Source: Selenomonadaceae bacterium
GTDB lineage: Bacteria; Bacillota; Negativicutes; Selenomonadales; Selenomonadaceae
Direction: 5' to 3'
Assembly: GCA_017634675.1 (NCBI GenBank)
Contig: JAGBMX010000137.1
Location: 58,118 to 122,117 of the forward strand
DNA length: 64,000 nucleotides
Shown: positions 17,087 to 22,810 of the stretch, piece by piece
Layout of the letters: every line of letters starts with the position of its first letter
Position numbering within the stretch: the first letter of the stretch is position 1
Notes under the pieces: model-generated
Told to the model about the DNA's origin: nothing
Databases searched by the model: none
Seen by the model: the letters and a program-made list of their open reading frames with translations, nothing else
Made by a program: the position numbers and the translations under genes

Positions 17087-17461
17087 ATGGCAAAACGCGA
17101 AGAAATTCTCAAAAAAATTAATCTTGAACTTAATAAGTTGAGCGATGAAGAACTTGAACAAGTGGCGGGCGGCAATGCGGAGCAAACGTCAAATGACAGT
17201 CGCTTTCTTAACAGCTTGAACGGCTCGACAGACCGTTACGGCCCGGAACGTATCGCGTGGTCGTTTGGAATTCATAATGCGGAAATTGAAAAAGGTTGGG
17301 CGACAGTCGGAATAAAAGCAACAGTCTATTTCGCTTGCGGCGGTTTCGGCAAAAGCAACAGATATTATCTTAACGGCCGAGAAATCTCGCAGGAAGAGGC
17401 GCGTCAGCACGCAATGGAAGTCACTCAGCACTATATGACGGAAAAAGATTGGAAATGGTAA
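17087..17461 (+). CDS. GG-leader cargo protein P5 (subfamily B)
   Basis: MAKREEILKKINLELNKLSDEELEQVAGG leader. The core has NDSRFLNSLNGSTDRYG...GWATVGIK...NRYYLNGREISQEEARQHAMEVTQHYMTEKDWKW. AAGGAG RBS lies 10 nt upstream; the ORF track starts at 17078. Confidence 0.8.
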   Translation: MAKREEILKKINLELNKLSDEELEQVAGGNAEQTSNDSRFLNSLNGSTDRYGPERIAWSFGIHNAEIEKGWATVGIKATVYFACGGFGKSNRYYLNGREISQEEARQHAMEVTQHYMTEKDWKW

Positions 17462-17500
17462 AAAATTTTGCAACTATGTGAAATAGAGGAGATGTTTAAA

Positions 17501-17839
17501 ATGGTACAGAATATAGAGATGAACAAATTAAACGATAGCCAGCTTGAAAATGTTGCGGGCGGTTGCAGCTATGAGTCGTTTGAATTATTCCACGCTTTAA
17601 GAGGCAACAATGCCTTTCAGAAAGATTATCCCGGTCTTTTTGCTCCTCCGGTGAACCAGGAGGTTAAGATAGACGATAACATTATGGAGAAAGCGCTCTT
17701 GGAAAAGATGGGAATTAAGGCGCAGATTAATTGGGGGCCTGACGAATGGTTCGATTGCAATAAGTATGTGTCTGCAGACACCGGCAAGAGATTGTATCAT
17801 GATGATGTTATAAAAGCCATAAAGAATTACAAAGGTTAA
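17501..17839 (+). CDS. GG-leader cargo protein P6 (divergent)
   Basis: MVQNIEMNKLNDSQLENVAGG leader followed by a divergent 92-aa core. It starts 39 nt after P5 and is followed by a strong terminator. Confidence 0.7.
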   Translation: MVQNIEMNKLNDSQLENVAGGCSYESFELFHALRGNNAFQKDYPGLFAPPVNQEVKIDDNIMEKALLEKMGIKAQINWGPDEWFDCNKYVSADTGKRLYHDDVIKAIKNYKG

Positions 17840-17867
17840 AAAATTACCTTTTGTTGCTGAAACATAT

Positions 17868-17926
17868 AAGAGCCGATAGCTTGGTGACTAAGACCACAAG
17901 CTACCGGCTCTTGTACCGTTTTTCAC
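17868..17926 (+). terminator. rho-independent terminator after P6
   Basis: AAGAGCCGATAGCTTGGTG ... CACAAGCTACCGGCTCTT followed by a T-rich tail. Confidence 0.75.
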
Positions 17927-17948
17927 AGCATCATTTCCACAACGAATA

Positions 17949-18212
17949 GCACGGAGAGTGACTATTCACGGGTAATACAACATAGTGGTGCGAAAGGTGA
18001 ATTGGTGCCGTTCACGGTCGACCTCTCCACCGCTTCGCGGTCCCCCTCCCCTTTCAGGGGAGGCAATGTGAAGGTGACTTTTCTATTATATATCCACAAA
18101 ATGAGAAATCAGAGAGCCTCCCCTGAAAGGGGAGGTGCCCGAAGGGCAGAGGGGTTGACCATGAAGAGCAATATTTTCCTTTTTTTACTACCCGTGAATA
18201 GTAACCACGGAG
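17949..18212 (+). repeat. MITE-like element, family H, copy B (long imperfect inverted-repeat arms)
   Basis: The left end ...ACTATTCACGGG pairs with the right end CCCGTGAATAGTAAC. The internal arms (GTCGACCTCTCC...CCCCTTTCAGGGGAGGC versus GCCTCCCCTGAAAGGGGAGG...GGTTGAC) are also complementary. Confidence 0.7.
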
Positions 18213-18481
18213 AAGATTATTAGGTTAAATCGCCCCATCAATCATCTCCGTACTTTTTGTTTTGTCTGCCTTCTTGAAACCGCAATTATCCTGTTCACGC
18301 ATTGGATTCTTTCATTATTTTATATCGTCATAACCTTGTCACCAAATATTTTCTCAAATTGGTTTAAATTTTTATTCAACTTTCCCAGGACAAAACAGGC
18401 AGTAAATCCTTTATGGGATGCGCATTGCCGTTGATTAATACGAACTGCCATGAGGACTTTTACGCCATGGAGGCTGTGTTA

Positions 18482-18775
18482 TGACAAATTGCCGCTTTTG
18501 GCAATTTTGACGCCGAAAGACAGCGTTTGCTTTTTGGTCTTAAAAAGTGTGAGGATATTTGCGACGGGCGACTTTCGTTTTATTGCCAAAAAGTTAATCC
18601 GAATGAACGACCTAAGATTTATCGCGCTATTGACAAAGCGTTGGATATTGTGAGCAAAGAGCTGAACGAATTGAATGTCGAGGGCAATGGAGAAGCGGAA
18701 ATTTTCATGTCGTTTGCGGGCAAAAGTATTGCCGAAAGAATAGGCGAAGCGATGGACTGCGCTTCGTTAGGATGA
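18482..18775 (+). pseudogene. possible gene remnant (no proper start; upstream part in another frame)
   Basis: The open frame ...AAFGNFDAERQRLLFGLKKCEDICDGRLSFYCQKV...AMDCASLG has no ATG or RBS near its beginning. An upstream fragment (MGCALPLINTNCHEDFYAMEAVL) is in a different frame. A terminator follows. Confidence 0.25.
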
Positions 18776-18799
18776 CAAAAAATGTCGTAAAATAAATAA

Positions 18800-18855
18800 A
18801 CAAAAGCTACATTTCACAAATTATGATATGCTGAAATGTAGCTTTTGTTTTAAAT
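18800..18855 (+). terminator. rho-independent terminator
   Basis: ACAAAAGCTACATTTCA ... TGAAATGTAGCTTTTGT followed by TTTTAAATTTT. Confidence 0.75.
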
Positions 18856-19343
18856 TTTATCCGCATAATGCTTACGCTCTTCTTGAGGAAAAAATCGTTT
18901 AAAAAAAGGATTATAACTATAAGACGGCGAATTTTTAGAAGTCAGATATATATTAACTTAGATATATACTAAATTTATTTGAGCGAAAGTTCACTTAAAC
19001 GACGGCGTCGGAAATTCCGATTTGAACTTTAACAATAAATGAATCTTTGAAGGGGAATTGAAGCGTTGAAAATTCAGCGCGACCAGCGCTTGGTGCAACA
19101 GGGCTGGCTGTCAGTTCGAGTGCTACCGCCAAAATCTTGTCAATGCCGAAAAACAGGTGAAGGTTGCCAAATCTACGCTGGCAAGCATTGTGGGACTGTC
19201 CCAAGACACGGATGTGAAGCCGTCGGACATAAAAGCAATGGGGGTGCCGGTTGCCACGGACGCTTTGCGCTATGTCGCAACGGAAAAAGAAGGAGCCACG
19301 GCAGAACAGGCGCTGAAAGCCTCGCAAATGGAGAAGAATCCGG

Positions 19344-20009
19344 ATGAACATAAAGATTATTACAAGCGGTAAAAAACGGACGGATCCTTGGGGACAGCTG
19401 GCGGTAAAAGCCATTCATGATGAACAGGCATTTACGGAGCTTTACGAATATTTTTTCCCAAGGGTCTATCAATATCTGCTGAAAAAAACACAGGACAGCC
19501 ATCTCGCAGACGAAATGGTGGAGAGCGCCTTTGTCCGTATGTATCAGCACTTATCTCAGTACGTCCCGGAGAAAGGCGCCTTTTCCACATGGCTGTTCCG
19601 CATTGCCCAAAACGTATTGAATAAGCATTACGGCAGCAAGGCAGTGACTATGCATACGGCTTGGGAGGAAACTTTCGATCCCGCCGCGCCGGAGAAAGAA
19701 ACTCCGGAGGAGCAAGCACTTACCAAAGAACGCAGCAGGGAGTTGCGCGACGCCATAATGAAATTGCCACCTCGCCAGCGTCAGATATTGGAGATGACCT
19801 ACTGGCTTGATATGAAGTCTGCGGACATAGCCGAACAGATGGGCATGGCTCCCAGTTCCGTCAGAGTAGCCTTAAAGCAGGCAAGGGACGCGCTGCGGAA
19901 ACTTTTTGCGAAAAAAATTGCAGTCTATGGGGGAGGCGATAAAAAACGCGACTTGCGTAATGGTGGCGCACAGACTAAATACCATAAAAAAAGCGGATAT
20001 TATTTATGA
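19344..20009 (+). CDS. ECF-type sigma-70 family RNA polymerase sigma factor
   Basis: Region 2: FTELYEYFFPRVYQYLLKKTQDSHLADEMVESAFVRMYQHL...FSTWLFRIAQNV. Region 4: LPPRQRQILEMTYWLDMKSADIAEQMGMAPSSVRVALKQARDALRKL. Confidence 0.85.
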   Translation: MNIKIITSGKKRTDPWGQLAVKAIHDEQAFTELYEYFFPRVYQYLLKKTQDSHLADEMVESAFVRMYQHLSQYVPEKGAFSTWLFRIAQNVLNKHYGSKAVTMHTAWEETFDPAAPEKETPEEQALTKERSRELRDAIMKLPPRQRQILEMTYWLDMKSADIAEQMGMAPSSVRVALKQARDALRKLFAKKIAVYGGGDKKRDLRNGGAQTKYHKKSGYYL

Positions 20010-20118
20010 AATCAAAGACGGAGCAGTCATTCGGTACGATAGCTTTGAAGAATTTGAAAAAACTAGGAATATAGCATGATATACCTTGTAAAAAAAAAGA
20101 AAAAATTTAAAAAAAAAT

Positions 20119-20146
20119 CATAACAGTTTGCTGCCTTCGAGGATAT
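20119..20146 (+). promoter_or_regulatory. weaker copy of the array promoter ahead of ORF 20172-P7: CATAAC-N16-GGATAT(AAAG)
   Basis: Motif and spacing similar to the other copies. Confidence 0.35.
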
Positions 20147-20171
20147 AAAGAATGAAGAGAGGTGATAGAGA

Positions 20172-20435
20172 ATGAGGAACGAAACGTTAGAACAGGAATT
20201 GAGCGCGTTCGACTTTTCCCTCTGTCATCCCGTTCGTACGCACTTACTTAATAAGCTGCTCACTATCCACAGGGCAGACAACGTTGCTACGGAGCAGCCT
20301 AGTCGTAAATGGACATTCGCCCGTCTGGACGATAAGGAACTGAACTGGGTTGTAGCTGCGGGCAGCGTCGGAAATTTGCAAAACTCTGAAGAATGGAAAG
20401 AAAGGGTGACGGATCATGTCATTAAAAGAAAGTAA
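20172..20435 (+). CDS. 87-aa hypothetical protein with an internal leader-like motif (LDDKELNWVVAAG)
   Basis: RBS AGAGGTGA. The 3' end overlaps the P7 start by 20 nt. A weaker copy of the array promoter lies upstream. Confidence 0.5.
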   Translation: MRNETLEQELSAFDFSLCHPVRTHLLNKLLTIHRADNVATEQPSRKWTFARLDDKELNWVVAAGSVGNLQNSEEWKERVTDHVIKRK

Positions 20436-20754
20436 AAAATTGAGTGTTGAAGATCTTGAGGGTGTGTCTGGCGGTACGATTATCGAAACGGTGGCTGACA
20501 GCGTAGAGCTTTACAAGCGTGGTCTGTTGAACAAAGAATACGATGGTTGCGCGGCCGTCCGGGACAAGTTGCATGGCATGGGCTATAGCGGCTATGTGGA
20601 TATGGGCGGCATAGCCAAAGGCAATATTTATACGGATAAGGATGGCAACACGATTACACGTCAGCAATTCTGGAAAAACTTCGATGCGGAAAACGGCACT
20701 AAGATTATCCGCAGCAGCCAGTATGATGGTTTAAAAGACGCTTTGGGGATGTAA
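20416..20754 (+). CDS. GG-leader cargo protein P7 (divergent)
   Basis: MSLKESKKLSVEDLEGVSGG leader. The core ends in ...NIYTDKDGNTITRQQFWKNF..., matching the family C-terminal motif. A terminator follows. Confidence 0.7.
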   Translation: MSLKESKKLSVEDLEGVSGGTIIETVADSVELYKRGLLNKEYDGCAAVRDKLHGMGYSGYVDMGGIAKGNIYTDKDGNTITRQQFWKNFDAENGTKIIRSSQYDGLKDALGM

Positions 20755-20767
20755 TGCTCAGATTATA

Positions 20768-20815
20768 AAAAGGGTCCTGTTGATGCCGAAAAGCATCAGC
20801 AGGACCCTTTTTTTC
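20768..20815 (+). terminator. rho-independent terminator after P7
   Basis: AAGGGTCCTGTTGATGC ... GCATCAGCAGGACCCTT followed by TTTTTT. Confidence 0.85.
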
Positions 20816-20879
20816 GGGAATTGGGTAATTTGTTTGCCGCCAAAGTAATATTCTCTGTCATTGCCATCTCTGCCAAATA

Positions 20880-20935
20880 AAAAAATGGGCTGTCGCAAGA
20901 AGTAATTTACCAATTCTTGCGACAGCCCATTTTTG
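20880..20935 (-). terminator. rho-independent terminator after P8
   Basis: ATGGGCTGTCGCAAGAA ... TTCTTGCGACAGCCCAT, flanked by A and T runs. Confidence 0.8.
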
Positions 20936-20945
20936 TATCGCCTTA

Positions 20946-21299
20946 CTAATGCCAATCATTATATGACATATAATGACCGGTGACTTCCATGGCGTGTTGA
21001 CGCGCCTGTTCGTGTGAGATGGGCGTGATATTTCCGCCGTCAATGAGCACATATTGAATTTTCGTATCATAATCCGTAGGGTCACCGGGGCAAATAATGC
21101 CTACTCCAAGTTTTGCCCATGCATTTTCAATGATTAAAAGTCGATCCTTGGAGTTATGTATTTTCCATGCGCCATAACGATCCGTCGAACCGTTCAACGA
21201 GTTCAAAAAACGGCTGTCATCCGCCAAGTCGTAAGCGCTTCCCCCTACAACCTGCTCCAATTCCTCATCGTTCAGCTTTTCATTTTCATGATTTTTCAT
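20946..21299 (-). CDS. GG-leader cargo protein P8 (subfamily B)
   Basis: MKNHENEKLNDEELEQVVGG leader. The core has DDSRFLNSLNGSTDRYGAWK...NAWAKLGVG...EQARQHAMEVTGHYMSYNDWH. AGGAG RBS is present. The ORF-track N-terminal extension to 21431 overlaps P9 and was rejected. Confidence 0.8.
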   Translation of the reverse strand: MKNHENEKLNDEELEQVVGGSAYDLADDSRFLNSLNGSTDRYGAWKIHNSKDRLLIIENAWAKLGVGIICPGDPTDYDTKIQYVLIDGGNITPISHEQARQHAMEVTGHYMSYNDWH

Positions 21300-21370
21300 T
21301 TTAATAGCTCCTTTTTTACTTTTGATTTCACATAAGCGCTTAGCGCGAAACACCGTTTCGCAGGTCGTTG

Positions 21371-21700
21371 TCACCAATCCCAATCCGCGCGCTTCAAGTG
21401 CTTGCCCACCACTTGCTCCGCGTGTAGCCACGCTTCATCTCGGGAGACCTGTCTGCCATTGATACGATAACTGTAATCGAAGTTATCTCCAGTGCACTCA
21501 AATTCGACGCCCACCGATGCCCATGCTCTCCTTATTTCGTCCTTGTGACCTTTGACTGTCCAAGCGCCATATCTCCCGCATTGTCCCTCGTGCCCTCGAA
21601 GCAGCACATTCAAGAATCTCGAATCCTGGTCGAGTTGACCGCCGCCGACAACCTGCTCCAGTTCATCATTGGTGAGTTTGTCTTCCTTATTGAGTTCCAT
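21371..21700 (-). CDS. GG-leader cargo protein P9 (subfamily B)
   Basis: MELNKEDKLTNDELEQVVGG leader. The core has QDSRFLNVLLRG...RYGAW...AWASVGVEF...YSYRINGRQVSRDEAWLHAEQVVGKHLKRADWDW. The same 5' promoter module as P1/P2 is present in inverted orientation. Confidence 0.8.
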   Translation of the reverse strand: MELNKEDKLTNDELEQVVGGGQLDQDSRFLNVLLRGHEGQCGRYGAWTVKGHKDEIRRAWASVGVEFECTGDNFDYSYRINGRQVSRDEAWLHAEQVVGKHLKRADWDW

Positions 21701-21758
21701 TTCAATAATCCTTTCACATTGTTCGCCTAAAGGCTTTTATTTTTTCTTTCTGTATCTT

Positions 21759-21786
21759 TATACGCTTGAAATCGAAAGATGTTACA
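21759..21786 (-). promoter_or_regulatory. ECF-type promoter of P9-P8: TGTAAC-N16-CGTATA (minus strand)
   Basis: The reverse complement of 21701-21800 matches the P1/P2 5' module almost base for base. Confidence 0.6.
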
Positions 21787-21825
21787 TAATTTTAAAAAAA
21801 TTAAAAACAAGTTTTTAAAAATGCC

Positions 21826-21872
21826 CTAAAACAAAACCGGCTGTCCTCCGCTTAAAAAGCAGGGGACAGCCG
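21826..21872. terminator. hairpin terminator between the phosphatase cassette and the P9 promoter
   Basis: CCGGCTGTCC ... GGACAGCCG, with A and T runs on both sides. Confidence 0.65.
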
Positions 21873-21887
21873 ATTTTAAAGTTTTTT

Positions 21888-21919
21888 TATTCGCATCCCA
21901 TAGAGATTGTGATTAAACC
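21888..21919. repeat. left copy of a 32-bp inverted repeat bracketing the histidine phosphatase gene
   Basis: TATTCGCATCCCATAGAGATTGTGATTAAACC. Its reverse complement matches 22763-22794 at 29 of 32 positions by hand alignment. Confidence 0.8.
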
Positions 21920-21922
21920 AAA

Positions 21923-22010
21923 GACACCTCTAAAAACCATTTGATTTCCCTTAGACTTCCCGCCGCAAAGGGCGTGGAATCATCAAAAACGAGTCTTTAG
22001 AGATGCCCCA
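21923..22010 (+). repeat. repeat element, family K, copy 2
   Basis: Aligns with 16036-16124. A partial third copy of the AAAAAYRAGTYTTTARARRTGCCC motif lies at about 21803-21826. Confidence 0.7.
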
Positions 22011-22019
22011 AAGTAATTT

Positions 22020-22742
22020 TCAATATTTGCCGTTAAGATGAACGGTAGAATTTAGAAGCATAAGCCTCCACTGACCGTTTTCATATTCAAGCACGTTTAC
22101 GCAGGTGTTGTCCTGACCTAACTTCAAGAACATACTTGGATCCATGCCAAGAGCTCTTATGATAACAGCGCGGTTCACCGTTCTGTGTGCGCCTATAAAA
22201 ATGGTTTTGCCGGGGTATTTTTTCACTGTGTCTTCTAAGGCTTTCATACCCCTGTCCCCTACGTCCGCAAAGCTTTCGCCGCCCGGATATTTGACGAGCC
22301 AAGGAGTTTCTTTTAACTGTTTTTCAATTTCGGGATATTTTTTATAAGCGTCGGGTCTGGTCATGCCGGTTAAATCGCCAAAATCTATTGTTTTAAATCT
22401 TACATCGGTATAGGCGATTTTTTGGTTGTGCAGGGCAGCTACCTTTTCGGTAGTTTGCATGGCGCGTTTAAACGGAGTGGAAATAAAAACATCTATATGG
22501 GTGTTTTTGAGAGCCTGTGCCAACAATTCCGCCTGTTTGAAGCCGGTTGCGTTCAAGCTTGGATCGGCATTGCCCTGGAATATGTCTTTGCGATTGAACT
22601 CGGTCTGTCCGTGTCTTGCCAAAATAACTCTTGTGACTTGACCTTGCGCGGCTGCAAAAGCCGGAGTCGCCACAATGAATAAAGCCAAAACAGCCACAAA
22701 CTGAAAGATTTTTTTGCTAAAACGATTAAAAATTTTCAACAA
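22020..22742 (-). CDS. secreted histidine phosphatase superfamily protein (phosphoglycerate-mutase-like)
   Basis: Signal peptide (VAVLALFIVATPAFAAAQG) and the RHGQTEFN catalytic motif. GAGGAGG RBS. Confidence 0.8.
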   Translation of the reverse strand: MLKIFNRFSKKIFQFVAVLALFIVATPAFAAAQGQVTRVILARHGQTEFNRKDIFQGNADPSLNATGFKQAELLAQALKNTHIDVFISTPFKRAMQTTEKVAALHNQKIAYTDVRFKTIDFGDLTGMTRPDAYKKYPEIEKQLKETPWLVKYPGGESFADVGDRGMKALEDTVKKYPGKTIFIGAHRTVNRAVIIRALGMDPSMFLKLGQDNTCVNVLEYENGQWRLMLLNSTVHLNGKY

Positions 22743-22762
22743 AATTCCTCCTCAATATAGGC

Positions 22763-22794
22763 GGTTCAATCACAATCTCTACTGGATGCGAATA
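22763..22794. repeat. right copy of the 32-bp inverted repeat
   Basis: GGTTCAATCACAATCTCTACTGGATGCGAATA. Confidence 0.8.
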
Positions 22795-22810
22795 TTTTAG
22801 GAACTGCTGC

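Noticed and set aside
19066-19372. ORFs 19066..19347 and 19157..19372, including a vague resemblance of the latter to outer-membrane-efflux (TolC-like) helices.
   Set aside because: There is no start or RBS, and the upstream continuation in the same frame is Cys/Trp-rich nonsense. The resemblance is too weak to call a gene or remnant.
20946-21431. The 161-aa version of P8 in the ORF track.
   Set aside because: The first 44 codons overlap the 3' end of P9 and the intergenic hairpin. An AGGAG RBS and the family-typical leader begin at ATG 21299.
11653-21700. Calling the region a classical radical-SAM RiPP (sactipeptide/ranthipeptide-type) cluster.
   Set aside because: The cargo domains are about 90 aa. 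They have no conserved Cys pattern after the GG site (0-3 Cys at non-equivalent positions) and look like folded hydrophilic domains. The rSAM pair carries a poly-G tract like the glycan-type locus. The link is possible, and is reported as a finding, but it is not supported well enough to call.
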